A stretch of DNA of 32,000 nt from Opitutia bacterium KCR 482 (GTDB taxonomy: Bacteria; Verrucomicrobiota; Verrucomicrobiia; Opitutales; Intestinicryptomonadaceae): assembly GCA_029269845.2 (NCBI GenBank), contig CP149973.1:1890001-1922000 (forward strand), in the 5' to 3' direction. Below the pieces are notes generated by a model that was not told the DNA's origin, did no database searches, and worked only from the letters and a program-made list of their open reading frames with translations. Every line of letters starts with the position of its first letter. Within the stretch, counting starts at the first letter, position 1. This document shows, piece by piece, positions 1 to 8,767 of this stretch. A program made the translations under genes and the position numbers.

Positions 1-146
1 ATAAAATCGAAGCAAATGTAAAGCGCGACAGAAAAGTCACGCGCGAACTCGGAATTTTGGGGTACAAGGTAGTCCGCATACGGGAGTGTTCGCTTAAAAA
101 ATCGCCCAAAGCCCAAATAGGACGTATATTGAAAAGACTCGGATGA
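1..146 (+). CDS. vsr: Very-short-patch repair endonuclease (Vsr), C-terminal part; 5' end lies outside the window
   Basis: Frame 3 reads KIEANVKRDRKVTRELGILGYKVVRIRECSLKK... and stops at TGA 144-146. This matches the E. coli Vsr C-terminal pattern KIGKNVERDRRD...LGWRVLIVWECAL (NVxRDR, LGxxV, EC). Confidence 0.8.
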   Translation, partial: KIEANVKRDRKVTRELGILGYKVVRIRECSLKKSPKAQIGRILKRLG

Positions 147-215
147 AACTCGTACCCGCTCGGGTTACGGCAATATTTCCGTCCGTTTGAATAGCATTTG
201 AAATCAGGGTATTGG

Positions 216-497
216 CTATTTCGAAATTTCGAGCGTTTTCAGCGTATCAAAAATGCGTCTTGCCACGGCTCTTACAACGGGGACTGCTACGGAATTTCCG
301 AACTGCTTGTAGGTCTGCGTGTCGGATACGGGAATTATGAAGGTCTCGGGAAATCCCTGAAGTCTGGCGCATTCCCTCGGGGTCAACTTTCTCGGATTTT
401 TCGATTTGCCCTGATCGACGAGAATTTCGCTTCCGTCCTTATAGTTTTGCAGTATTCCGAAGTCTGTAATTCTCCGAATTGCATAATCTGCCGTGTA
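216..497 (-). pseudogene. DNA cytosine-5 methyltransferase remnant; only the TRD end and C-terminal motifs IX-X survive
   Basis: The C-terminal part of ORF 216..695 reads [18 protein letters not shown]...[22 protein letters not shown], the classic C5-MTase motif IX/X (RxLTxRExARLQGFPDxF, GNAVxxPV). The N-terminal catalytic motifs (FxGxG, PCQ, ENV) are absent. The upstream 66 codons are low-GC, unrelated sequence. Confidence 0.75.
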
Positions 498-641
498 TAG
501 TAACGGGAATCGGAGGCAGGGAATTGGAGATATCAATCCCGAGTATGCGTATTTTAATATTATAGTAGACGATGCTCTTCGTGAAAATCCGACTGAAAGA
601 GTAAAAATTGCAACAAAATTTAACGAACGATTGAAATGTTT

Positions 642-721
642 CAAAATATTGGCAATTTTGGTTGATATTGCCGATATTTTGCAAAAGATAGGCAATAAAT
701 AAAAAAAATGCCGATATTTTG
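642..721. promoter_or_regulatory. Three copies of a 14-15 nt motif just upstream of abiEi; candidate operator/promoter
   Basis: CAAAATATTGGCAAT (642-656) is an imperfect inverted repeat of ATTGCCGATATTTTG (667-681). The 13-mer TGCCGATATTTTG recurs exactly at 709-721, 14 nt before the ATG at 736. Confidence 0.4.
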
Positions 722-735
722 AATTATTATTTTAG

Positions 736-1458
736 ATGACGAAGGAAATCGCATCACAAATTCTTGAATATGCCAAAAACAATAATAATTTTTGTATTGA
801 TGCCTTGTTGCCTCATCTCAAATGTAAATCCGACATAAGAAAATCGACAATTTCTTGGATTTTATATCGATTAGTTAGAAGTGGAAAGCTTGCTAGGGTT
901 GCTCGGGGTATTTACACGTTGCAAAACAAACAGATTTTTATTCCTCAAATAAGTGATGTTGTAAAATCTTTGTATGCGAAGATTGAGGTTAGGTTTCCCT
1001 TTAGTAAGTTTTGTTTCTATGATGGGAATTGTATCGCTTCCCTACAACATCACCTTGCCTCAAATCAACTCACATATATTGAAGTAGAGCGCGATTCTAT
1101 TGAGACTGTCTTTAATTTCTTAAAAACAGAGGAGTATAATGTTTTTTTGAAACCAGATAAAGATTTCTTTTATCGATACATCGATATGAATAAAACGGCT
1201 GTTATTGTGAAAACATTGATTTCAGAAGCTCCGATTCAAGAAATTTCAGGAATTGCTACAACTACAATAGAAAAATTATTAGTGGATATTCAAAAGGATT
1301 CAGATTTCTTTTATTTGCAAGGATATGAAACTATGAATATGATAAAGAATGCTTTTAGTTTATATTCTATAAACGTAGATAAAATGCTTCGTTATGCTTC
1401 AAGAAGAGGACTTCGCTTAGAAATGCTTAGCATCTTAAAAGAATTGGATATACAATGA
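736..1458 (+). CDS. AbiEi-like antitoxin / winged-helix regulator (type IV TA, abortive infection)
   Basis: The 240-aa ORF has an N-terminal wHTH-like segment, ILYRLVRSGKLARVARGIYTL, matching the AbiEi pattern L..G.L.R..RG.Y. Its stop overlaps (ATGA, 1455-1458) the ancestral start of the downstream AbiEii-type gene. Confidence 0.65.
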   Translation: MTKEIASQILEYAKNNNNFCIDALLPHLKCKSDIRKSTISWILYRLVRSGKLARVARGIYTLQNKQIFIPQISDVVKSLYAKIEVRFPFSKFCFYDGNCIASLQHHLASNQLTYIEVERDSIETVFNFLKTEEYNVFLKPDKDFFYRYIDMNKTAVIVKTLISEAPIQEISGIATTTIEKLLVDIQKDSDFFYLQGYETMNMIKNAFSLYSINVDKMLRYASRRGLRLEMLSILKELDIQ

Positions 1459-1552
1459 TTCAGAAGAAATGTTTTTCAAAAGAATGGATTGATGAAATTT
1501 CAACCAAATTAGGTTATGGAGACAAGCCCTAATTGAAAAATCAATTCGTGCA

Positions 1553-2527
1553 TTGTCTTTGTTGGAAATGTTGGTAAGTTCGGGTTGTCCTTTTATATTT
1601 AAAGGTGGTACAGCCTTGATGTTAACATTAAATTCAGCAACGCATAGATTGTCTATCGATATTGATATTATTTGCCCACCTGGAACAAATATAGAAGATT
1701 TCTTGAAAAATTCATCTAAATATGGATTTTCGAGATTAGAATTTGTTGAAAGAAAGCAACGAGAAGGCGTTGATATCCCTAAAACACATTCAAAATTCTT
1801 TTACCAACTCGCCTACAATAGTGGAAATAATACTGAAAGCTATATCTTGTTAGATGTTTTATATGAAGATTCGCATTACTCTGAAATAAAAGAAATTCCA
1901 ATTGAAATGCCTTTTCTGCTTTTAGATGGGGCGGCATTGAAGGTTAAAACTCCATCGGCATCAGACATTCTTGGCGATAAATTGACTGCATTTGCCCCCA
2001 ATACGACAGGAATTCCATATTTAAAAAAAGGGAAGTCTCGCTCAATGGAAATAATAAAGCAATTGTATGACGTAGGTCGCTTGTTTGATGTAATTACTGA
2101 TGCAAAAATTACAAGCAATGCCTTTAAAAAAATTGCAAAAATAGAACTATCGTATAGAAAATCACCTAGCAAAATAGCCCAAGTAATCAGTGATATTAGG
2201 AATACTGCAATATGTATATCTACACGAGGGAAAGAAGGGATTGGTGATTTTAATTCATTACAAGATGGGATTAAAAGAATAGGTGCATTTATGTACAAAC
2301 AGCACTATTTTATTGAAGATGCCATTGCGGATTCTGCAAAAGCTGCATATCTTGCTACTTTAATCGAAAAAAATGTATTTACTATAGAAAAATATTCTAA
2401 TGATCCAAAAACTGTCGCTAGTCTGAATATAGAAGATTCCCTTCCAAGCAAACTCAATAAATTAAAGAAAAGTTCTTTTGAAGCATATTTTTATTGGGCC
2501 AAGGTAAGTAAACTTTTAAAACAATGA
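1553..2527 (+). CDS. Nucleotidyltransferase AbiEii/AbiGii toxin family protein; 5' end apparently frameshifted, ancestral start at ATG 1455
   Basis: FKGGTALMLTLNSATHRLSIDIDI is the AbiEii NTase signature (GGTAL ... S.D.D). A family-typical N-terminus, MIQKKCFSKEWIDEISTKLGYGDKP, runs from 1455 in another frame and stops at 1530-1532. LIEKSIRALSLLEML then continues in the ORF frame. Confidence 0.75.
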   Translation: MSLLEMLVSSGCPFIFKGGTALMLTLNSATHRLSIDIDIICPPGTNIEDFLKNSSKYGFSRLEFVERKQREGVDIPKTHSKFFYQLAYNSGNNTESYILLDVLYEDSHYSEIKEIPIEMPFLLLDGAALKVKTPSASDILGDKLTAFAPNTTGIPYLKKGKSRSMEIIKQLYDVGRLFDVITDAKITSNAFKKIAKIELSYRKSPSKIAQVISDIRNTAICISTRGKEGIGDFNSLQDGIKRIGAFMYKQHYFIEDAIADSAKAAYLATLIEKNVFTIEKYSNDPKTVASLNIEDSLPSKLNKLKKSSFEAYFYWAKVSKLLKQ

Positions 2528-3316
2528 TATTGTACGAATATATATCTCCAGAAAGGACAGGTTTCTTTTCTAACAACTCTCCAAATACGCTTAAGAGTAA
2601 AGACTCAAAGAATTAAATGATGAAGCATATCTGAGTGGATTTTTCCCAAATTTTGAATTAGTAGCTATATCCATCTGAATTAAATGACCCTTTTGAGTGT
2701 ATGGTTAATGTTCAAGTTAACAAAGGGAAATATTTTGATTCGTTGTTAAAAGATCCAACTTCTTCAATTGAATATATATCAAAATCTTTTGGTGAAATAA
2801 TTCTCAACTGATTGAAATTCATAATAGAGCTGTTTACAAATCGAATAATAAACTTTTAGCGATTATTTCTTTTTCTAAAAACTATGCAAATATATTAATG
2901 CGGTTTCATTATTGTAAAAGTCATAAGGGAATTGCATTGGAGTTTGGTATTGACGACAATTCTACGGATTATTCTTTGCAAGAAATTATTTATACAAAAA
3001 AACCTCAAAATAGAAAATTAGAAGACTTTAAAGATAGCTTATTCCCTAGGAGTTGCTTTATTCAAAGAGTGACATATGGTCTTACGAAGAAGAAGTACGG
3101 ATGTTACAAATGCGACCAAAGAATTTATCTCCAAAGAAATTATTTAAATATAGTTTTGATCCCAACTTCTTGAAATCTATAAAGTTCGGGATAATGAAAG
3201 ATGAATGTCTCAGGAAAAGGATTGTAACTTATTGCAAAACAAGTTGTTCTCATGTAGCATGTTACCAGATGGGAATATCGGATTCAGAATATGTGCTTAA
3301 AGAACATAGCGTATAG
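2524..3316 (+). pseudogene. DUF2971-family gene decayed by several frameshifts and stops
   Basis: DUF2971-like pieces sit in different frames: MILYEYISPE... (ATG 2524, ATGA overlap with the abiEii stop), SELNDPFEC (about 2675-2700), ISFSKNYANILMRFHYCKSHKGIALEF (ORF 2898..) and SKSDIWSYEEEVRML (ORF 3053..3316). Confidence 0.55.
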
Positions 3317-4105
3317 TCTGAAAATTTGACATCCCCTTCATTATTTCAGAATTCCGTTTCCGACAAAAGAACAATCTGACAGATTTAACATTTTCAAATA
3401 GCCAAACATTTTTATAATAAGTTTTGTATCTTTGACTTCGGTTTTGGCAATTTAAACAAAACTGCTGTTCTGTTAGGGGAATTAGTTTTTATTTTTTAAT
3501 ATGATAGATTGGTTGGATGTTCTCAATTCTTTCTTCTCTATTTCCCCTGTATGTCTTTTTATGATATAGTCTATACTACGGGGTTAATTTGAGGATGATT
3601 GTATATTCTTTTCAATAGATTTACAACCTGGTGACAATTATGTGTTGTCATATCTTCATAATTTTTCTGGCATAAATATGTTTATAACAAAGAACGGTAG
3701 GGCTTGTATATAAAAATTTTAGTCCGTCGGTATCTTAAAACACTCGAATATGTTGTCGTCAGGATAGTTGTGTTCCGAATTCCGCAATTTGGCTTGGAAT
3801 AATTCCCCGATTTGGCAAGGATTTTGTTTTTTGAGGGGGAGGGGGCATTTGCCTGGGCTACCTATTGGAAAATGTCGTCTTGGGGATTTGATTTGGGGAA
3901 GTTTGATGAAATGATATTTAAGCTCGTCTTTGGTGCGTCATGTAAAAGCTAAATTATGAGGAGTTGTTAATTCGATTATTCTCTATGCTATGTGTCGGAT
4001 CTCAAACGTAGAGTATATGTGAGGGTTGTTGCTGTAATTTAATATACATCTGATATAACGACAATTTTGCTTCCTAGTTTCTGGGGTATTTTTTGCTGTA
4101 ATGTG

Positions 4106-5473
4106 TTATTCGTTTCTTATATAGATTCCCCAATTTGGTATATAATTTCCTGCTCCACTTAAAATGGTAAAGTTTTCATATTTAATCTCGTTGAAAAAAT
4201 TCTTCCATCGGCAGATGTTTGCAAAATCCGTTATCTCGCCTAAAACGACATGCACCTTGTTTGATCTGAAAAAGCTCTCTATATCGCTTGTGTCAGGATA
4301 TATAGGATTTAGAAATACAAAGTCTTTCGACTTCGCATTAAAGATATTTTTAATATTAATTTCGCCGGAAGCGATAATGGTTTTATAGCAAATTGCCGGA
4401 TTTGGCGATTCTCCGATTGATATTGCTAAGCTGTCATTCGTGTTTATGGCATCAATAAGCTCGATCCCGTACTTTCTTCCAAAAACTTTTTCATCTGGAG
4501 TGCAAATGAAAATATGGTAATCGTTCCCTTTCCCAATCTTAATCCCATCGTTATCAAATCTTAATCGCGTATCTCTTTGCAGTGAATATGAAAGTATAAA
4601 TAATCCAAGGGAAGAAAAGACGAATGACGCAAACATTATTATATAAAATTCTACATGTAAGAATCTAAGCTTATTTATCCATATTGAAATTGCGAAGAGG
4701 AGTAGCGGAAATATCCATAGCAACCAGAAGGTTGCGACGTTGCTAAATATTGAATTTGCGAAAAATGCCAACCAAAGCGAAAACGTAACTGCGCAAAGAA
4801 TACTCTTCTTGTATGAAAACGTAATGCAAAATACAAAACACCAAAATAAGATGTATAATAATTTTATTGCAACCCCATGGCGATTTAAAAATTCGAGGTG
4901 GGAATTTACCAATGTATTATATTCTTCATTTTCATACATACGTTGATACCATCTCATATAAATCTTTGCTGGCGTATCCGGGGGGTGAATGCCACTTGGC
5001 GCGTCTGTCAGCATTTTTAATCCTGCCGTATATAGGTCGTAGCGTACATTGGCTGAGGAACTTTCGAGGCGGAACATGCTGTCTATACGATTCGTAAAGT
5101 TTACTGAATTTGAATAGATTGCTCCAGTTAGTATTGCTATGCAACTGGCTGTAACTTTTAATGTTGAAAATTTTATTGGCGCAATGATTAGGAAAGTTGC
5201 AATGGCAATGGTAATGGATATCAACGACCCACGTGAATATGTTTGGATCAAGAAATAGCCCAAAATACAATTAGATAAAAGTACAATCCAAAAAGAAAAT
5301 TTGTTTCTTATCGAACATATCGCCCACGAAACAACCATGAGCAAAACAATGAATGCCGCAGTTTTGCTTATGCTGCCGGCTCCCAATCCGAACCAATCAA
5401 GCCTGTTGAGCGTTGCAGATGAAAGCATTCTGCCGGCCGACAATGGTTCAATGATATAACCGTAATAATTCAT
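4106..5473 (-). CDS. O-antigen ligase / Wzy_C-like polytopic membrane protein with an extra C-terminal soluble domain of about 150 aa
   Basis: The 455-aa ORF has many hydrophobic segments over residues 1-300. Motifs QTYSRGSLISITIAIA and NSHLEFLNRHGV resemble the conserved Wzy_C loop (SRG..., H.HN.yLe.l.e.G). It is the last gene of the minus-strand operon. Confidence 0.6.
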   Translation of the reverse strand: MNYYGYIIEPLSAGRMLSSATLNRLDWFGLGAGSISKTAAFIVLLMVVSWAICSIRNKFSFWIVLLSNCILGYFLIQTYSRGSLISITIAIATFLIIAPIKFSTLKVTASCIAILTGAIYSNSVNFTNRIDSMFRLESSSANVRYDLYTAGLKMLTDAPSGIHPPDTPAKIYMRWYQRMYENEEYNTLVNSHLEFLNRHGVAIKLLYILFWCFVFCITFSYKKSILCAVTFSLWLAFFANSIFSNVATFWLLWIFPLLLFAISIWINKLRFLHVEFYIIMFASFVFSSLGLFILSYSLQRDTRLRFDNDGIKIGKGNDYHIFICTPDEKVFGRKYGIELIDAINTNDSLAISIGESPNPAICYKTIIASGEINIKNIFNAKSKDFVFLNPIYPDTSDIESFFRSNKVHVVLGEITDFANICRWKNFFNEIKYENFTILSGAGNYIPNWGIYIRNE

Positions 5474-5480
5474 CTGATAA

Positions 5481-6119
5481 TTACTTCACAATTAGGTAAA
5501 CATTGGTTGTATATTCGAGGTTGGTTTCATTTTGTAGAAAAAATAATTTCAAAACATGCTTGCCTCTAGGACAATGAGTTAAAGGTGTGATTTCTATCGA
5601 ATCGGCTGTAGATATGCGATTTTTAACATCAAACAATTTGCTTCCTAAGTCAATTTTTGAAAGTTTGTAATTTTTTGATGTTTTTATTGAAAGTTCTTTT
5701 GTAGACGATTCTCCGAAATTCCAGATTAACACCTTTGGATATATGTTTGCTGGTGCTTCTATCACAAGATGCAAACTCAACTCGTATTTTGAATTTTTCT
5801 TTTCATCGGTAGTAAGAATAAAACTCTTTTCCTGCGCACCTTTTCTCTCTCCGATTGTAAATATACCGTTAATCTTGCCGTTTTCATTTGGTTGGTATTG
5901 CTTTTTATCTGAATGTAATTTCGTACAATCGCACGAAGAGGCAATATCGAGAATTTTAATAGCTGAGGTCGAGTTATTTGAGAAACAAAAAGTGAATGGA
6001 TATTCTTTGGCTTCACTTCTTATTTTGTCATTTATTTCCATGTTATCAAAGACCAACTCGGCAAATAGAAATTGCAATGTAGAAGCGGCGCTTATAATGA
6101 TAAAAAAACGACGAAACAT
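5481..6119 (-). CDS. Secreted DUF1573-like protein
   Basis: N-terminal signal peptide MFRRFFIIISAASTLQFLFA. The SSCDCT motif sits where the DUF1573 hallmark SCGCT would be. There is a 5-nt gap to the upstream gene. Confidence 0.6.
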   Translation of the reverse strand: MFRRFFIIISAASTLQFLFAELVFDNMEINDKIRSEAKEYPFTFCFSNNSTSAIKILDIASSCDCTKLHSDKKQYQPNENGKINGIFTIGERKGAQEKSFILTTDEKKNSKYELSLHLVIEAPANIYPKVLIWNFGESSTKELSIKTSKNYKLSKIDLGSKLFDVKNRISTADSIEITPLTHCPRGKHVLKLFFLQNETNLEYTTNVYLIVK

Positions 6120-6124
6120 TTTGC

Positions 6125-7141
6125 TTATTTTAATATGTAGTTTAAAGTAGTTGTTGCGGTGCTTTTGCTATCCTCGAAAGTAATGGTAAGGCTGGAACTC
6201 GAATTCTGGTTCGGATTCCCGTTGTACTTAACAAATAGTTCAAGTCCGTTGTCGAAATTCTTTCTGTCAAGAATCTTGAAATCATTATTTGAAATGGAAA
6301 TATTTTTTATTTTCTTCGATGAGCTGTCGTAATTTAGAATGATTGCGACACTATCTTGTTTTTGCGAGAAATAATACGAATCAAGCATAAATGAAGAATC
6401 CGGAAGTATTTCCCACGAGACGGGAATTGTCATTTCGTAATCTTTTTCGCCGTGTATTAACAGGTTTAAATTCTCGCTAAAATTGCCCTTATCGGAACTG
6501 TTTTTTGCTTCTATATCGACAGAAAAAGTCGTAAATCTGCTAACAGAATTGTCTGTGAATCTTACAAAACGTTTGTTTGTCTCGCGAATTTTGTATTTCA
6601 GATTTTCTGGATTATTAACAAGCTCAACGCTTGGAATTTGCTTTTCGGAAGTAGAGACATTTACAATTATTTGCGAATTCTTTTTTTGTGATTTGTAGAA
6701 TCTTCCGAGATTTATAGCGCTAGGTGAACACGAATAATAATTTCCGACCTCGGATATTAACTTTAATGCCAATGGCGAATTTTTTGCGGAACTTTCGATA
6801 ATTATATCGACCGATTTCCCCTTGAGGATTGATGCAGGATATTCAACATCGGCGACTAACTTTACGCTTGAAAACGGTTTGATTTCTTTTGGGCAATTAA
6901 CTTTTGTACAACCGCATGATGCAGTTATCATATTAAATTTTATAGTATTAAATCCGTAGTTTGAAAGTTTGAATTCTTTGGTGAACTTAATGTTTCCGTT
7001 ATTATTTCTTGGCAGCAATCGTTCTGTGCTTTTTATCGAGCTATCGATATAGAGTTTATTGTGAAGATAGAAAAAATATACAAAGGCCAAAACAGTTGCC
7101 GTAAAGAAAATTCCGAGAGCGAGCTTTATGTGAATTTTCAT
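6125..7141 (-). CDS. Membrane-anchored DUF1573 domain protein with additional beta-rich domains
   Basis: ASCGCTKV is the DUF1573 hallmark. The probable start is M15 (MKIHIKLALGIFFTATVLAFVYFF, an N-terminal anchor) at 7141, 1 nt after the upstream stop. The track ORF extends to 7183. Confidence 0.7.
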   Translation of the reverse strand: MKIHIKLALGIFFTATVLAFVYFFYLHNKLYIDSSIKSTERLLPRNNNGNIKFTKEFKLSNYGFNTIKFNMITASCGCTKVNCPKEIKPFSSVKLVADVEYPASILKGKSVDIIIESSAKNSPLALKLISEVGNYYSCSPSAINLGRFYKSQKKNSQIIVNVSTSEKQIPSVELVNNPENLKYKIRETNKRFVRFTDNSVSRFTTFSVDIEAKNSSDKGNFSENLNLLIHGEKDYEMTIPVSWEILPDSSFMLDSYYFSQKQDSVAIILNYDSSSKKIKNISISNNDFKILDRKNFDNGLELFVKYNGNPNQNSSSSLTITFEDSKSTATTTLNYILK

Positions 7142-7142
7142 T

Positions 7143-7754
7143 TTATTTAGAAATTTTATAAGTTGAACACTTCTTATATACAAGTAGCGATATTCCGCCC
7201 AAAATCATTATTACGGCGATAATATTTAACGGGGTTAACTTTGAGGGCGGTTTGAAGTTATCGCCGACCGCGATAAATATGATTTTATCGTTCGATGTCC
7301 AATCTGATTTCTTTAAGATTTTTGGGGGGAGAGGCGCATCTATGATTTGCACTCTGTTTTCGTCAATAACACGCGCAACGCTAAAGTGTCCAATATCGGA
7401 ATTCTTGGGAGGCAGCGTGTACATTATAAACAGACAATATGGGTTGTCGTATAATTGCGATGGACGCAGTTTTAGCGTATGATTTTTTATTTTGTGTTCA
7501 TTTAATACCCTCTCTATATCTGCTATACTCACTTTTGAAGTATATGTAGGCATCAATGCTCTATATATGTCAGAATATTTTAATCCAATATTATAGATTT
7601 TCTGTACGATATATACACAGTTTACACCGCAGAGGTTTGTTATCTCTCTGACTTCAATATATCTCGTATGTTCTCCCTCATTAATATTGTTAGCATATGA
7701 GAAATATGCAATACATATCCCGAATATAAATATGAAAAGTTCCAGTGACTTCAT
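7143..7754 (-). CDS. Stand-alone C39-like (papain-fold) cysteine peptidase domain protein with N-terminal signal and C-terminal TM anchor
   Basis: NLCGVNCVYIVQKIY carries the candidate catalytic Cys and GHFSVARVIDENRVQIIDAP the His/Asp, matching the C39 pattern (CG...; HfvVl....v.i.DP). The signal-like N-terminus is MKSLELFIFIFGICIAYFSYA and the C-terminal TM is LNIIAVIMILGGISLLVY. An ATGA overlap with the upstream gene lies at 7751-7754. Confidence 0.6.
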   Translation of the reverse strand: MKSLELFIFIFGICIAYFSYANNINEGEHTRYIEVREITNLCGVNCVYIVQKIYNIGLKYSDIYRALMPTYTSKVSIADIERVLNEHKIKNHTLKLRPSQLYDNPYCLFIMYTLPPKNSDIGHFSVARVIDENRVQIIDAPLPPKILKKSDWTSNDKIIFIAVGDNFKPPSKLTPLNIIAVIMILGGISLLVYKKCSTYKISK

Positions 7755-8767
7755 TTTTTGTGTTCTTTGATTTGTTCGCTGGCGTTAGTCATGTTATCAT
7801 CTAGTATTTCACTTATTATGTCTTCTTTCCGTTTTATTGACATCAAATCAGTTACAATGTAATTTTTTGAGTTTATTTCGTCTGTCAGATGGCAACCGTT
7901 CGGAAATACAACATTGAGCGTTTTATCAATGACTTTGTTAAAAATTATACTACTTTTATTTATTATAAATACCGATTTTTGGTTGAGCTTTTCGTTTTCA
8001 TCAAAAAACTCTACAACTATTCTCAAGGGAAAAAACATTGCGCCAATTCTTTCGTAATCGTAGAAGCTGATTCTCCTATCCAGTTTCATTTTCCCAAATT
8101 CTGTGTATGCACCATATCTTTCTATATGATCCAGCCTAAGGGTTTGTAAGTTGAAATAATATCCTAAATCTGGAAAATATAGATAACTTATTCCATCTTC
8201 GATTTTTACTTCATGTTTCAAATTTCTACATTCTTCAATTACATTTTTATAAAGCGCACTACATCCAGTGGCGTAATTGTAATCCATCCAAGCTAGAGTC
8301 ACTTCCGGCAACTTATGCAGACTATTTCTGATGTACCCCTGCGAAATATCTGCAAACTTAATATCTTTTAAGGCACCATACTCTACTTCTTTTTTTGAAT
8401 TCTCCGGAATTTCTTGTCCGGATCCATATATAGTTAACGAACGATATATACCATTATTGAACGATGTTTCTGTTTTCTCGTTAAAGATATATGTATTGCC
8501 GTTTTTCGCATATAAATACTTTGAACTGAAAAAAGAACTATTATTCATGATGTATTTAATTTCACCATAGGCTCTATAATTATATTCCTCGGCGGAATCC
8601 GCATAATTAGTTTCTTCTAAGTATTGTAATGATACAGAATTAAATGCTGGAACATTTTGCAATATTTTAAAAACCATCATGTTGCTTTCCGCAAAAATTC
8701 GTGATGACAGGAATATTAAAAATATTGTACTACATATGATTCTATTCATAATGAAAGCCCTATGCAT
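7751..8767 (-). CDS. Secreted hypothetical protein (338 aa), beta-rich; the C-terminus faintly resembles the LolA/RseB family
   Basis: Signal peptide MNRIICSTIFLIFLSSRIFA. The C-terminal segment IINKSSIIFNKVIDKTLNVVFPNGCHLTDE resembles the ...FN..ID...F.FP.G..V.D ending of LolA-like proteins (weak). The start abuts the upstream stop with a 0-nt gap. Confidence 0.5.
   Translation of the reverse strand: MHRAFIMNRIICSTIFLIFLSSRIFAESNMMVFKILQNVPAFNSVSLQYLEETNYADSAEEYNYRAYGEIKYIMNNSSFFSSKYLYAKNGNTYIFNEKTETSFNNGIYRSLTIYGSGQEIPENSKKEVEYGALKDIKFADISQGYIRNSLHKLPEVTLAWMDYNYATGCSALYKNVIEECRNLKHEVKIEDGISYLYFPDLGYYFNLQTLRLDHIERYGAYTEFGKMKLDRRISFYDYERIGAMFFPLRIVVEFFDENEKLNQKSVFIINKSSIIFNKVIDKTLNVVFPNGCHLTDEINSKNYIVTDLMSIKRKEDIISEILDDNMTNASEQIKEHKK

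Noticed and set aside
39-54. ACGCGCGAACTCGGAA inside vsr resembles the tRNA-His segment AACGCGCGACCCTCGGAA (18192-18209); considered as a possible att-type repeat of the island
   Set aside because: It is short, gapped and located inside a conserved coding region, and it does not cover the tRNA 3' end as att sites usually do. It is most likely chance.
198-702. Plus-strand ORFs 198..500 and 493..702, and minus-strand ORF 439..684
   Set aside because: They overlap the methyltransferase remnant and its junction region, and no motifs are present. The minus-strand MTase motifs explain the open frames.
3833-3900. Possible G-quadruplex from the G5AG5 tract plus two downstream GGGG runs
   Set aside because: The loop between the second and third G-runs is more than 30 nt, far outside typical quadruplex geometry.
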